A DNA stretch of 64,000 bases, from positions 47,865-111,864 of IMG/VR virus record IMGVR_UViG_3300021960_000030. One strand, 5' to 3'. Both the position numbers and the translations under genes were made by a program. This document shows positions 44,551-54,513 of the stretch, piece by piece. This stretch comes from a virus. The notes below the pieces were generated by a model. The model was not told the DNA's origin. It did no database searches and was given only the letters and a program-made list of their open reading frames with translations. Every line of letters starts with the position of its first letter. The first letter of the stretch is position 1.

Positions 44551-44555
44551 GAGTG

Positions 44556-45260
44556 CTATCCGAAAAAAGCAGCAAGACCTTCTAATACAACTGTGCTCTT
44601 GACGCCAGTCTTGGGGTTTTCTACCGCAAGATCATGCTTCAGTTTGGGGATCGTATCAAAGAACTTCTGAACTTGTTGGAACTGCTCAGAGTTCAACTCT
44701 CCCAAGAAATCAAGTGCTTCTTTCTGAGTGAAAGACTCGTAGATTTCTTCAGCGTCATACACCTTATCGATACATGATGCTGCAAGTTTGAACATATCCT
44801 CGATGTCGGGATTGTCCTTCATATTCTGATCAATGAACACATCCAGGGACGGATACTTCATTTCCATTTTAATGTTCCCACCCAGATCAATCATGTTGGT
44901 ATGATCTGGATCAACAACAACATCAATCTGCTCCAGGGGAAGACGAACTTCCACAGTAGTCTCATTATCATCTGGGCAGGTGATGACAAACTCACTCACC
45001 TCACCAACTGCCTTTGCACGAATGCGAAGGAAGATGTATTCAATCTCGAATGTGGGGAGTTTGTCGATATCCTTCTTGATATCGGTACAGTTTTTAATAA
45101 TCGTCTTCACCGCATTCACCATCTCGGATTCCTTTTGGGATTCCATGGCAAGATACAGGAGTTTTTCTTCTTTGACTAGAAAAGGTCTATACTTAACCTT
45201 TCTACCTGATATAGGAAGTGTACATGTATACTCAGGTACAACAAGTTTAGGTAAGGGCAT
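44556..45260 (-). CDS. gp26: Baseplate hub subunit
   Basis: MPLPKL..KYRPFLVKEEKLL..FLRIRAKAVGE..LEGLAAFF. Confidence 0.9.
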   Translation of the reverse strand: MPLPKLVVPEYTCTLPISGRKVKYRPFLVKEEKLLYLAMESQKESEMVNAVKTIIKNCTDIKKDIDKLPTFEIEYIFLRIRAKAVGEVSEFVITCPDDNETTVEVRLPLEQIDVVVDPDHTNMIDLGGNIKMEMKYPSLDVFIDQNMKDNPDIEDMFKLAASCIDKVYDAEEIYESFTQKEALDFLGELNSEQFQQVQKFFDTIPKLKHDLAVENPKTGVKSTVVLEGLAAFFG

Positions 45261-45297
45261 AATGTGGCATTACGACTTCAGTATAGGTATTTAGCGG

Positions 45298-46047
45298 TTA
45301 AATACCATAGTCATTTACCTCTGTTTGCCCGTAGTCTCCGCTGATTCCAATATCGTTAAGAACGCCGAGACTGATACCTGCCTGAGTGAAAAGATCAATA
45401 TAGCGATCAGGCATATTTGCCCAACCAACGTTTTCAAGAACCTGATCGAACCTGTATCTTTCATATGCAAACTCAATATCCATTTTCATGAGTGTGGTGC
45501 TTTCGTTGTTCAGGTTCATCACACTGATGTTAGTCGGGAATGCACCAATCATTTGCCAGGCACCAGTGCAACGATTGAGTCTTTGTTTGATACGGGGATC
45601 TCTATGATCCTTATACACTACGTTACTGCCCAGTTCCCACTTCTGAATAATGATATTCGTGGTGTACTGGTCGTAGAATGCTGTGCGGTTCTCTTGATCG
45701 CCTGCAGCACTATTCATCCACAGTTCAAACACCTGTCTCATCAGCAGGTCTTTTGTGACTAAGAATGAGATAGTAATAGGACTGTTGACCTGACCCGTAG
45801 CGTAGTTACGCTGCATACCAAAGTCTTTGACCTGTGAGGTCGTGATTTGTCTGCTAGGTACGGTTACATCATCAGCAGCAAAGTTCACATACTCGGTCCA
45901 GGTACGAAACTCACTGAACCCAGCGGCACGAACACAAGGGGGCAGACCCACAAACACAGAATATAGGTTGGAACGGGCGGGTTCTGCTCCACCAGTACGA
46001 ATCCAATCTCTAAACTCTGTAAATGAGTTTGGTGCTGAGTATGGCAC
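45298..46047 (-). CDS. Tail tube protein paralogue (gp19/gp54-like)
   Basis: ARSNLYSV..VPSRQITT..FELWMN..AFPTNIS. Confidence 0.7.
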   Translation of the reverse strand: MPYSAPNSFTEFRDWIRTGGAEPARSNLYSVFVGLPPCVRAAGFSEFRTWTEYVNFAADDVTVPSRQITTSQVKDFGMQRNYATGQVNSPITISFLVTKDLLMRQVFELWMNSAAGDQENRTAFYDQYTTNIIIQKWELGSNVVYKDHRDPRIKQRLNRCTGAWQMIGAFPTNISVMNLNNESTTLMKMDIEFAYERYRFDQVLENVGWANMPDRYIDLFTQAGISLGVLNDIGISGDYGQTEVNDYGI

Positions 46048-46520
46048 TATAATCTACTCCAAACGTGAGAACTAGGTATGTCGATTTGCCGACCCATAAC
46101 AGTAGTTGTGAACTGTTCTAGTGGCAACTTGCCAATACTGTCCAGTTCTTCTTTGGGGACTAAATACATAGAACCCGCTGCACTTAAGAAGTATTTATGA
46201 TGGCAGCGGCGAGGATATGACATTCCTCCTGCCTTGATTGACGCTCCTACACTAATCTGTACTGTAGGTCTGAGGTAATGTAGGTTACCACCCTCAAACA
46301 TGTTCTCAGCAAGATTGACATCTGTAATAAGTGTCATTGGAAACTTATCCCAGAACTTTAGTTTTTCTGCTGTCTGTGCGCTGTAGTTGTAGAAAACAAC
46401 GTCGCCAATAGCAGGCAAACGGTCCAAAGGTGTAAGTAGAGAACGGACTTGATCGCGATACCAAGGGCGTGATTTTCTCCTGAATCCTGCTCCATCCATT
46501 ACATCCGAGTAAATGCTCAT
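46047..46520 (-). CDS. gp2: DNA end protector
   Basis: FYNYSAQT...FWDKFP..GGNLHYL..HKY; next to gp4. Confidence 0.75.
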   Translation of the reverse strand: MSIYSDVMDGAGFRRKSRPWYRDQVRSLLTPLDRLPAIGDVVFYNYSAQTAEKLKFWDKFPMTLITDVNLAENMFEGGNLHYLRPTVQISVGASIKAGGMSYPRRCHHKYFLSAAGSMYLVPKEELDSIGKLPLEQFTTTVMGRQIDIPSSHVWSRL

Positions 46521-46951
46521 ACCTTGAGTTCCTTTTCGGTGAGTATCAGAAAACTCATTTTACGGTCAGCACAATAATCTCTTGCTGCCTTCCACTTCGC
46601 CTCATTGACAGCATATGTTTTGACCTCAGTCAAATATTTTTTGGTCTTCCTTGTCTGCTTCTTGGGGGGAGCAGTCTGCGACTTTGGTTTAACTTCAATA
46701 ATGAACTTCTCAATCCCTCCACCCCTGGTCCTTGCTCGGACATAGAAGTCTGGATAATAGCGATGAACCCTACCGTCAACAGGAGAGATGTAAGGAATAA
46801 CGATTTCTTCACTGCCCCACTCTAAAACGTTATCGTTTTTATCGCACCACACCATGAACTTTCTTTCCCACAAACTGCGATAAATAATGTTTGTAGGATC
46901 CCCCTTATATTTTTGAGTATGTGATGGTCTAAACCTTCCAGAGTAACTCAT
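46517..46951 (-). CDS. gp4: Head completion nuclease
   Basis: YSGRFRP..KYKGDPTNIIYRSLWE..WGSEE..HRYYPDF..IEVKP. Confidence 0.95.
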   Translation of the reverse strand: MSYSGRFRPSHTQKYKGDPTNIIYRSLWERKFMVWCDKNDNVLEWGSEEIVIPYISPVDGRVHRYYPDFYVRARTRGGGIEKFIIEVKPKSQTAPPKKQTRKTKKYLTEVKTYAVNEAKWKAARDYCADRKMSFLILTEKELKV

Positions 46952-47927
46952 GGCATTAGTATTTCCGAGAGTAAAACCGCTCGGTACAAGTTCGGTTAGT
47001 AGCAGAAAAGCGATTGGAAACACCGCATCGTTTCCAACTGAGGCAATGGACTACCTGAAAATCGATATCTTCGATTCCAGGAAAACTAGCCCGTATAACT
47101 ATGTAGGCAGCGGTCAGGGAACTGGCAGATCTAAAGGACGATCTAAAGAATCGATCTTCTTGTACCTTCCAGCCAACTTATCCGAACAGTATACCACAAA
47201 GTATAACCAAGTGGGTCTAGGGGCGTTTGGTAAGGCTGGAATGGATGCAATGTCCCAAGGTAACGTCCAAGGTATTGGGCAAACGATCTCTCAGGGGGCA
47301 GAACAAGGAAAATCCCAACTTTCGGGTCAAATGGCGGCGAGTGCCATGAACATCGCGAACATGGGTAATACTAATATCACAGTTAATGATCTTGCTGCTC
47401 TTTCAAAGAGAGCGATTCTCAACCCATACGAAGAAACCACATTCCAAGGGGTTGACTATAGAACTCATTCATTCCAGTTCAAACTGGTCCCCAGAGGTCC
47501 ACAAGACGTTGTAGCAATCACCAAGATTATCCAATCTTTGCGTGTGTCTATGCTGCCTGGCACATCAGGTGGTGGTGATAATGCTGGATCAACAGATGTC
47601 TTCTCTCAGATTGACTCTGGTACAGGTAGAGGAGATCGTTGGTTGACTATTCCCGACTTCTTCCAGTTAAGCATCGTAAGATACAAAGGTGCGAATGAAA
47701 CTCTGGATGACGACATGTCTCCCCCAGAAACGCTCTCGTTCCTGATGCAGTTCCCAACAAAGTGTGTTCTGACCAACATGACAGTGAATATCACTCCAGA
47801 TGGTCACCTGAATACCCTCAAGAATGGGGATAATAAGAACGATACCTATGATTATGGTCCGACCGCATATGAACTGGGTCTTCAGTTCAGCGAAACTGCA
47901 TTCATTACACGAGAAATGTTAAGATGA
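46950..47927 (+). CDS. gp48: Baseplate tail tube cap
   Basis: LYLPANL, ILNPYEETTFQGVDYRTHSFQFKLVP, LQFSE. Confidence 0.85.
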   Translation: MALVFPRVKPLGTSSVSSRKAIGNTASFPTEAMDYLKIDIFDSRKTSPYNYVGSGQGTGRSKGRSKESIFLYLPANLSEQYTTKYNQVGLGAFGKAGMDAMSQGNVQGIGQTISQGAEQGKSQLSGQMAASAMNIANMGNTNITVNDLAALSKRAILNPYEETTFQGVDYRTHSFQFKLVPRGPQDVVAITKIIQSLRVSMLPGTSGGGDNAGSTDVFSQIDSGTGRGDRWLTIPDFFQLSIVRYKGANETLDDDMSPPETLSFLMQFPTKCVLTNMTVNITPDGHLNTLKNGDNKNDTYDYGPTAYELGLQFSETAFITREMLR

Positions 47928-48823
47928 GTACATATTTTTCATACCTTCCTAACGTATACGTTCGCCTTGATAGTTTTTACAAGCAAGGCGTAGATCCGTA
48001 TATCCAAGCAAAGAACATTTTTCGTCGTATTAAGATACGAGACGATATTACTGGTGCAGTTCTTGGTTTCCAGCAGTATTCTATTGGTTCTAACGAAAGA
48101 CCTGATGAAACTGCTAACAAGGCATACGGTGACCCTCAGTTAGATTGGGTTGTTCTTCTTGCCAACAATATCATCAATATCTACAACGAATGGCCTATGC
48201 ATGAAGACGAACTCATGCGTTATGTGGATAGAAAGTACGGTACTGATGCAGGTGGCATTCACCACTACGAAACCCTCGAAATCACCGACTCTAAAGGTAA
48301 CGTTTTGGTGCCTGAGGGTGTAGAGGTTAACTTTAACTACCAGTATACTGACAGTCAGGGTGTTATCAGACCTATTTCTGAATGTGTCAGACCTGTGTCA
48401 AACTATGATCATGAGATTCAGCAGAATGACTACAAACGCAACATCTATCTTCTGAAACCACAATACCTCTCAAACTTCATTGCAGAGTTCACCGAACTGG
48501 TCGAATACCTGCCAAACGAAGAACTCAACGAAGAGACGATTAAGAAGACATTTGACGTTCTTGATGAAAACTATATCAAGAACAGAGACACCTACTCTAC
48601 CGACATTGGTCGTGTTGCTGTTACGAAGACTGTACCTCAGCAAGACTTCGCAGATAGGTCATTTACCAAAAGTGCAGGATCCTCTGCGGTCATCTTTGCG
48701 GTGCAAGAAGCGGCTTCCAACACAGTTAACGCATCAGGCGTTATTGCAGGAACACAGGACTCTTCGACAACTATCTCACAATCGACACAATCGTCCTCTT
48801 CGTCCTCTAGCAGCGGTTATTGA
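47924..48823 (+). CDS. gp53: Baseplate wedge subunit
   Basis: YFSYLPNV, KNIFRR, ERPD..AYGD..LDWVVLLANNI..EWP. Confidence 0.9.
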   Translation: MSTYFSYLPNVYVRLDSFYKQGVDPYIQAKNIFRRIKIRDDITGAVLGFQQYSIGSNERPDETANKAYGDPQLDWVVLLANNIINIYNEWPMHEDELMRYVDRKYGTDAGGIHHYETLEITDSKGNVLVPEGVEVNFNYQYTDSQGVIRPISECVRPVSNYDHEIQQNDYKRNIYLLKPQYLSNFIAEFTELVEYLPNEELNEETIKKTFDVLDENYIKNRDTYSTDIGRVAVTKTVPQQDFADRSFTKSAGSSAVIFAVQEAASNTVNASGVIAGTQDSSTTISQSTQSSSSSSSSGY

Positions 48824-49019
48824 GTTTTGCCTCTATTTCGTTGATATGGGTAAACTCTCCATATGCTCGCTCAGAGCGTTCATGGAGAATATCGCTAATA
48901 TCTTCCAAAACGACCTCAGGGGCAATATAGTCGTCTAGGTACTTGTCAATCGCTTCTTTAAGATAGCGATATCTGTGCCATTCTGGCGAATAGGGTCGAT
49001 ACTGCATAATGTGGGTCAT
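48807..49019 (-). CDS. Hypothetical protein
   Basis: YRPYSPEWHRYRYLKEAI. Confidence 0.7.
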   Translation of the reverse strand: MTHIMQYRPYSPEWHRYRYLKEAIDKYLDDYIAPEVVLEDISDILHERSERAYGEFTHINEIEAKLNNRC

Positions 49020-49038
49020 TCTCTAAGTAGTATATACC

Positions 49039-49185
49039 CTATGGATTCTGTTTGTCAAGTCCTAGGGAAATAAGGTAGTCTGTCCACCACTGTGGGTCTT
49101 TTTGTGATTTCCACCGTGGCACTGGTTTGCCATGAAGCGAATAATACTCGCTAATCGCTTCATCGATAATCTGTGCGATCTCCAT
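49039..49185 (-). CDS. Hypothetical protein
   Basis: MEIAQIIDEAI..KDPQWWTDYL. Confidence 0.6.
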   Translation of the reverse strand: MEIAQIIDEAISEYYSLHGKPVPRWKSQKDPQWWTDYLISLGLDKQNP

Positions 49186-49387
49186 ATTCCTCTTCCTCTT
49201 CATCAACGTCCTCATATGGGTTTGCCACATAAGGTCCGTGTGGTTTTCTGGATTCTGATTTGACATACTTTGCCTCCCCGACGCTAGCAGACAACCATAG
49301 TGCAAGTTTCATTGTAATCCATATCACCGCGATCGGTGTGAAGCAGAGTGCAAGGATTAAGGAACTTTTCAATCTCTTTGCCTCCAA
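49160..49387 (-). CDS. Membrane hypothetical protein
   Basis: Transmembrane segment plus acidic tail. Confidence 0.6.
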   Translation of the reverse strand: MEAKRLKSSLILALCFTPIAVIWITMKLALWLSASVGEAKYVKSESRKPHGPYVANPYEDVDEEEEEYGDRTDYR

Positions 49388-49686
49388 TCATCTGGTTTGT
49401 CTTGTTTGAACCAATCGATGATATCGTCAGCAGACTGAAATCCTGTTCTATGGTTAGATGGGTCTGGATCACCTAATCCCATCTGATTCATAAAATCGTC
49501 CATGCTGCCTTCTACCATATCTGGGTTAGCAGCACGTCGGCGTGCTCTCTTTAACATTTCACGGGCGCTGGTATTTGCTTTACCAATCTTTTCTGCCCAA
49601 ATCATGTCTGGGAGATCCACCGACTCCCTTAAAGCAATCTTCTGACATATGCCTTCTAAACGAAGGCGATATTGAGTCGAAAGCAT
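49369..49686 (-). CDS. Cyanophage hypothetical protein
   Basis: MLSTQYRLRLEGIC..DKPDDWRQRD; late promoter upstream. Confidence 0.8.
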   Translation of the reverse strand: MLSTQYRLRLEGICQKIALRESVDLPDMIWAEKIGKANTSAREMLKRARRRAANPDMVEGSMDDFMNQMGLGDPDPSNHRTGFQSADDIIDWFKQDKPDDWRQRD

Positions 49687-49731
49687 TTGTACCTCGCGTA
49701 CTATTAGTATTTATTGAAAAACCCTAGGGAT

Positions 49732-49765
49732 AAAAAAATACCCCAAGTTTTTTTCGGGGGTATTT
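49732..49765 (-). terminator. Rho-independent terminator
   Basis: AAATACCCC...GGGGTATTT stem followed by a T run. Confidence 0.7.
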
Positions 49766-49788
49766 GTAAATCAAAGGTCGTTTTTGGT

Positions 49789-50052
49789 TCAGCAGCTCAC
49801 TCGGACTCTCTCCGTCCACCGACGAACCCACCCTGGTCTGTACCTTCCGCTCCTGCTGTAGTCACTTGGGATGTACTCCTCATGTTGAATAGTTTCGTAG
49901 CAGAAGGTACGACGCGGTGCGTAGTAATGGTGGGGTCGTTCGTAGTGGTGGTGATGCTGATTATCGGTGAAAGGTTCCCAGAACTCTCCCCAAGTTACAG
50001 CACTAGCGGGGGATGCTGTTAGCAGTAGCAGGGGGAGAGCAAGGAGTTTCAT
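49789..50052 (-). CDS. Secreted His-rich hypothetical protein
   Basis: Signal peptide MKLLALPLLLLTASPASA. Confidence 0.7.
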   Translation of the reverse strand: MKLLALPLLLLTASPASAVTWGEFWEPFTDNQHHHHYERPHHYYAPRRTFCYETIQHEEYIPSDYSRSGRYRPGWVRRWTERVRVSC

Positions 50053-50948
50053 CAGAGTTCAGCAGCGAGGTCTTCAAAGTAAGAGAGATCGGGTTCATCC
50101 GACTCTTGACTGAATGATTCTACAGCAGAACCGAACCCACTGGGGGCAGCAGATGTGACAGTTTCGCGAGCGAACAGTTCTTCATCTTGCTCATCCTCAA
50201 CCACAGCACGAGTCTGCTTCTTGTTCAGGACCATGCCAAGACGTGCTTCTAGTTCTTCATAGGACTTGAAGTTGGAGGGATCAACAAAGTCCTTGAGCGA
50301 GTGCTCTTGGTTGTAGATCTCTTCCAGTTCAGCATCCGAGAACCCACCGAGGGTACCAGGAGCACTGAACTCAGACTTATCATAGTTCCAGAACCCAGCA
50401 ACCTTCGTGATCTTGATCTTGAAGTCAGCACCCTTCCAGAAATCGAAGGGATTGATGGGGGTCTCATCTTCAAACTGAGGTTGAGCAGCGGTGACGATCT
50501 TATCGTGGATCTTCTTACCGTACTTGTAGAGGAACACCTTACCCTCGTTCTGAGGGTTCATGGGGTCCTTCACGACGTAGATATTGCTATAGTATGACAG
50601 TTTACGCTTCTGCTTACGAGCGACCTCCTTGTCGGCATCGATGCCAGAGTTCCAGAGTTGACGATTCAGTTCACCGACAGGATCCTTCTGACCGAGAGTG
50701 GTCAGGGAGTTCTCGATGTACCAACCACCAGGACCTTGGAAGGCATGGGACCAGACCTGTGCCCAGGGCAGATCAGTATCCTTCTCGGGCAGGAAACGGA
50801 TCACGGCATAACCGTTACCGCTCTTGTCCATTTCAGGTTTCCAGAAGCGTTCATCCACCTTAGAACCAGTGGTAGACAACTTCTCGATTGCCTTGTTCAG
50901 AGAGGCAAAGGAGGAACCGCTGGACTTTTTGAGGGATGCGAAAGACAT
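50052..50948 (-). CDS. gp32: Single-stranded DNA-binding protein
   Basis: DERFWKP..DKSGNGYAVIRFLP..KRKLSYYSNI..NYDKSEF; acidic tail. Confidence 0.97.
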   Translation of the reverse strand: MSFASLKKSSGSSFASLNKAIEKLSTTGSKVDERFWKPEMDKSGNGYAVIRFLPEKDTDLPWAQVWSHAFQGPGGWYIENSLTTLGQKDPVGELNRQLWNSGIDADKEVARKQKRKLSYYSNIYVVKDPMNPQNEGKVFLYKYGKKIHDKIVTAAQPQFEDETPINPFDFWKGADFKIKITKVAGFWNYDKSEFSAPGTLGGFSDAELEEIYNQEHSLKDFVDPSNFKSYEELEARLGMVLNKKQTRAVVEDEQDEELFARETVTSAAPSGFGSAVESFSQESDEPDLSYFEDLAAEL

Positions 50949-51023
50949 GTTTGTATTCTCCGTATTGAGTGTGTGGTGTCGTATTTGCCACGGGATTATC
51001 GTAGCATACTATTTAGGCGGTGG

Positions 51024-51404
51024 TCAACCCTCAGAGGTGTGACCCGACTCAAGGATTTGGGTTTTCCATTCCCTGAGTTTGCTCTCCATCTGATCGAGCA
51101 CCACCGTCAGATCGAGACCACCAGAGTACATCTGAGACATGGTGTCGATACGATCCTTCATCTCAGCCACGCTGCCATCCCGCTGAGATTCCTCAACGTG
51201 GTGCGATGCCAGAGCGAGACGGGCGTAGAACACCTTCTGCTTAGCGATTAACTCTAGTGTTTTATTGATGTGATCCAATCTCTCCTGTGGAGAAAAATCC
51301 TGAAGTTTGTTACTCATCTTCAGGAGATCTTCATAGGTCTTTTGGATGTCACCTATTTCTTCTCGGACTAAATCCGAACTAAAAAACTCATTTGCGTCTG
51401 TCAT
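51024..51404 (-). CDS. Conserved cyanophage protein
   Basis: FFSSDLVREE..KQKVFYARL. Confidence 0.75.
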   Translation of the reverse strand: MTDANEFFSSDLVREEIGDIQKTYEDLLKMSNKLQDFSPQERLDHINKTLELIAKQKVFYARLALASHHVEESQRDGSVAEMKDRIDTMSQMYSGGLDLTVVLDQMESKLREWKTQILESGHTSEG

Positions 51405-51646
51405 AAAGGTAAGACTCCTCTACTCGTACGTTTGATGTAGTTAAGTTGTTGTGCGTTGTATTTGATTTTATCTTTGAGTGGTTTGGAGATCAACTTGCTA
51501 GCGGTTTCAACTTCGATCTCATACTCATCACAAATAGATGTGACTGCTTCGATGTAGTTGACCAAACCGTTAGAGTCTTTCACCACCTTCTCAACGAGAG
51601 CAGAGAACTTTGCCTGGGTCATAAACTTTTCTTCAATCTCCTTCAC
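51401..51646 (-). CDS. gp33: Late transcription coactivator
   Basis: YIEAV..C....IEVE..SKLISKPLKDKIKYNAQQLNY. Confidence 0.9.
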   Translation of the reverse strand: MKEIEEKFMTQAKFSALVEKVVKDSNGLVNYIEAVTSICDEYEIEVETASKLISKPLKDKIKYNAQQLNYIKRTSRGVLPL

Positions 51647-52323
51647 TTGTTAATCCCCCGTGCATAATAGCGGTATTCCTTGATCCAGTCAATCAAAGTA
51701 TTCATATAGGGGATCTTGTCATAACGTTGTTCAACTTGAATCTGTCCGTCTTCAGCAACAGACAGTGTGACCAGTTTAGTAACCTCAACACCCGTCAGTT
51801 CATAATACATGTAGGCATATGCTGCCTCCTGTACGAAGAACTTCTCTAGGTGCTCACGTTTCTTCAGTCTTGTGGTTGTCTTGAAATCGATTACAGCAAG
51901 TTCGCCATCAAACTCAGCAATACAATCCACACGCCCAGCGATACCAAGACGAGCAGAATAAAGAGGGGTTTCAAGACAATGAATAGGACCAATACGATTA
52001 AGAGTCGTACGAGCAGCCCTAAAAAGGTAGACGGGAAGACCTTCGCCTTCCTTATCTTTGTCCAGTTCATTATTTAGATAGTGTTCAACGATGGAATGAT
52101 AACGAGAACCACGCCAGGAAGCGACGCGGCGGATCCTTTCTGCCTCAGTGAACCCTACACGCTTCTCCCAATCCAGGATGCCTGCTTTAGTGCTATGACT
52201 AACCACAGTGGTGACACTCGGCACCCACTGCCCTTGTGGTAGTTTATAAAACCTCCCATGAGGCAGTGTTTGAGAGTCCAGCTCAGATATCTCTGTTGCT
52301 GGACCGAGGTGCACAAATGTCAT
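51643..52323 (-). CDS. PD-(D/E)XK exonuclease
   Basis: PSVTTV..RGSRYH..AGRVDCIAEFDGELAVIDFKT..Q..AYA. Confidence 0.9.
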   Translation of the reverse strand: MTFVHLGPATEISELDSQTLPHGRFYKLPQGQWVPSVTTVVSHSTKAGILDWEKRVGFTEAERIRRVASWRGSRYHSIVEHYLNNELDKDKEGEGLPVYLFRAARTTLNRIGPIHCLETPLYSARLGIAGRVDCIAEFDGELAVIDFKTTTRLKKREHLEKFFVQEAAYAYMYYELTGVEVTKLVTLSVAEDGQIQVEQRYDKIPYMNTLIDWIKEYRYYARGINK

Positions 52324-52329
52324 AATAAA

Positions 52330-53070
52330 TCAGAAACCAAGATTGATCTTAGAGATGAGGTATTCTTTAACGAAACCTGAACGAACGATGTCTTCAATGC
52401 CGAACTCTACGACATCAACTGAAGGCATTGTCTGCATGATTTTCATGAAGTCTAACACACCATTCCTCTCATTGTGTTTAACGAGGTCAGACTGGGTGTA
52501 GTCTCCAGAGAAAATGATCTTACAGTTCTCACCAACACGGGTGATAATACTATCAAGTTCATGGAAGTTCAGGTTACTGAACTCGTCTACAATAATAACA
52601 CAGTCATCCATAGTAACACCACGGATGAAGGAGGTAGACCAGAAGGAAATGGTTTCCTGTCCCCTCAAGTTATCATACAGTGTTTCAAAGCTGTTGTCAT
52701 CAGGCATCTGGAACATGTACTTAACCATATTCTTGTAGGGAATCTGGTACAAGTTGCTCTTATCTTCATGGTCTCCAGGAAGGAAACCAATCTCTCTTGT
52801 AGGAACAAGAGAACGAACCATGTAAACCTTTTCGTAAGGGGATTCCTCGTCAAGAACATCCTGCAGTGCAAGATAAAGACTAATGAATGTCTTACCTGTA
52901 CCTGCAGCGCCATGGAGAACTAAGTTCTTTCCTTCGCTGTAAGAGTTGAACACTCGTTCCTGATTAGGAGTGAGTGGTTCAATGTTCTTAAGGTGTTCAA
53001 GGTTAATCGCCTTCTTTCGGAAGTGCTTCTTGGGAGGAGTCTTCCGAGGTGCTGTCTTTGCTCTAGGCAT
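52330..53070 (-). CDS. phoH: PhoH-family ATPase
   Basis: GAAGTGKT, IGFLPG, FIRG, DEFSN, GDYTQSD. Confidence 0.95.
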   Translation of the reverse strand: MPRAKTAPRKTPPKKHFRKKAINLEHLKNIEPLTPNQERVFNSYSEGKNLVLHGAAGTGKTFISLYLALQDVLDEESPYEKVYMVRSLVPTREIGFLPGDHEDKSNLYQIPYKNMVKYMFQMPDDNSFETLYDNLRGQETISFWSTSFIRGVTMDDCVIIVDEFSNLNFHELDSIITRVGENCKIIFSGDYTQSDLVKHNERNGVLDFMKIMQTMPSVDVVEFGIEDIVRSGFVKEYLISKINLGF

Positions 53071-53072
53071 AA

Positions 53073-53303
53073 TCAAGTGTAACGACTGAGGTTTGCACCA
53101 GGATGAGCAGACTGGATCTTCTGCATAACAGATTTGAATCCATCTGACTGCTTGGGATTAGGGTATACCGTGGCAACATGCTGGTTACCAAAGTATCGCT
53201 CTAGTTCTGGATGCTCTTCTTTGTATTTATCGAGATCATTGATCGACATAAAGTTGGTAATGATCTCTCCTGTTTCTTTGTTAATCCAATCGTAGGTTGG
53301 CAT
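53073..53303 (-). CDS. Conserved T4-like hypothetical protein
   Basis: MPTYDWINKETGE. Confidence 0.75.
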   Translation of the reverse strand: MPTYDWINKETGEIITNFMSINDLDKYKEEHPELERYFGNQHVATVYPNPKQSDGFKSVMQKIQSAHPGANLSRYT

Positions 53304-53304
53304 A

Positions 53305-53991
53305 TTAGTCTATCCGAATGCAAGGTTGGACATCATTACAATCACAGTCATCATCACACCAACCCAGTGCCTTGGAGACAGTGGGGAACTGACAGATGAA
53401 GTGCTTCTTGCACAGTTCTGCAATCTCCATGTGCTCCAGTTGTGTGCCGTTGGCAGCGCGAAGATTGATATAATGGATCCATGAACGCACAGATCCCGTC
53501 ATGTAGATACGAGTTGGAGTTGCCAAAGGCAATACAAAACGGGCACACTCTTTTGCCACGCCTGCTTCAAGCATTTCTTGATAGATATGTTGAGCATGGT
53601 AGAAGTGCTCTTCAATCTTTGCTTGGAAGCGAGCGACAAGGATAGGATCAAGGTCCGCAGTGGAGTTCTGACGGTTCTTGGTATCCTGACGGCGGAGATC
53701 TGGCACAGGGATCTCATCGCCCAGCAGAGAGGCATCAGCATACCGCTGGGAAAACTCTTGATATGTGAACGAACGGTGCCTCAGGATTTGAGCTGCGATA
53801 CCCCTGGTAGTGTTGATCTCAAGCGTCATATGCGCCTGCTCAAAGACGCTCCAATGCCCATGTGTAATACAATAGGACAGGAGACCTGCAACGTTGGGAT
53901 TATCCTGATTGTTGGGGTTGCTTACACGAGCAACATATCCCATGGTCTTCTCTGCATCAGGAGTAGCAGAGATCAAACATACTTTAGTCAT
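53305..53991 (-). CDS. thyX: Flavin-dependent thymidylate synthase
   Basis: HWSVFE, QILRHRSFTYQEFSQRY, ARFVLP. Confidence 0.97.
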   Translation of the reverse strand: MTKVCLISATPDAEKTMGYVARVSNPNNQDNPNVAGLLSYCITHGHWSVFEQAHMTLEINTTRGIAAQILRHRSFTYQEFSQRYADASLLGDEIPVPDLRRQDTKNRQNSTADLDPILVARFQAKIEEHFYHAQHIYQEMLEAGVAKECARFVLPLATPTRIYMTGSVRSWIHYINLRAANGTQLEHMEIAELCKKHFICQFPTVSKALGWCDDDCDCNDVQPCIRID

Positions 53992-54259
53992 CATGCTTAA
54001 AAATCAAACGGGCAAGGAGATGCAGACCGAATGCTTGGAAGTATCCAATGGTTTTCAAACCGAACAAGAGTGGCATCAACCAGTTCCATAATAGCATCAT
54101 GATGACAGGAGAAAGAATCAATGTGCCAAGCACCATGATTGCTTTTTGTCCTGCCTGAATGTTTGCCTTCTCTTCCTCACGTCGGTCAAGTTCTGCAAGG
54201 AGTTCACTCTTTACTTCTTCCGCCGCTTTGCGGGGATTAAAGTACACATTGTCAGTCAT
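53984..54259 (-). CDS. Membrane hypothetical protein
   Basis: MLLWNWLMPLLFGLKTIGYFQAFGL. Confidence 0.7.
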   Translation of the reverse strand: MTDNVYFNPRKAAEEVKSELLAELDRREEEKANIQAGQKAIMVLGTLILSPVIMMLLWNWLMPLLFGLKTIGYFQAFGLHLLARLIFKHDD

Positions 54260-54513
54260 TTTTTCTTCGTAGGATTATTCCAAAGTTTAGGGTTAACTCT
54301 ACCTTCTGTCTGGTTGAAGGTTATTAAATCTTCACGGTAACGGTCCCAGTAGTAATCAAAGACATCAACTTTTTTGTTGGCAACGACGAGATCGTACCGT
54401 ATTTCATCTCCGACTCTATATTGAACCAGAAATGATGTGTATGGTAGTGATCTGTCGTCTGCCAATGACGGATCACAGTTCTCTGCGATCTTCTTCAACC
54501 CCGATTCCCCCAC
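54256..54513 (-). CDS. Cyanophage hypothetical protein
   Basis: CDPSLADDRSLP..FDYYWD..GRVNPKLW. Confidence 0.75.
   Translation of the reverse strand: MGESGLKKIAENCDPSLADDRSLPYTSFLVQYRVGDEIRYDLVVANKKVDVFDYYWDRYREDLITFNQTEGRVNPKLWNNPTKKK

Noticed and set aside
48640-48823. Ser/Thr-rich tail of gp53 as a separate feature
   Set aside because: A low-complexity extension with no further supportable signal.
51643-52323. Cas4 or CRISPR system
   Set aside because: Ordinary cyanophage exonuclease without the four-Cys cluster; no repeat-spacer array seen. The early-region repeats are promoters.
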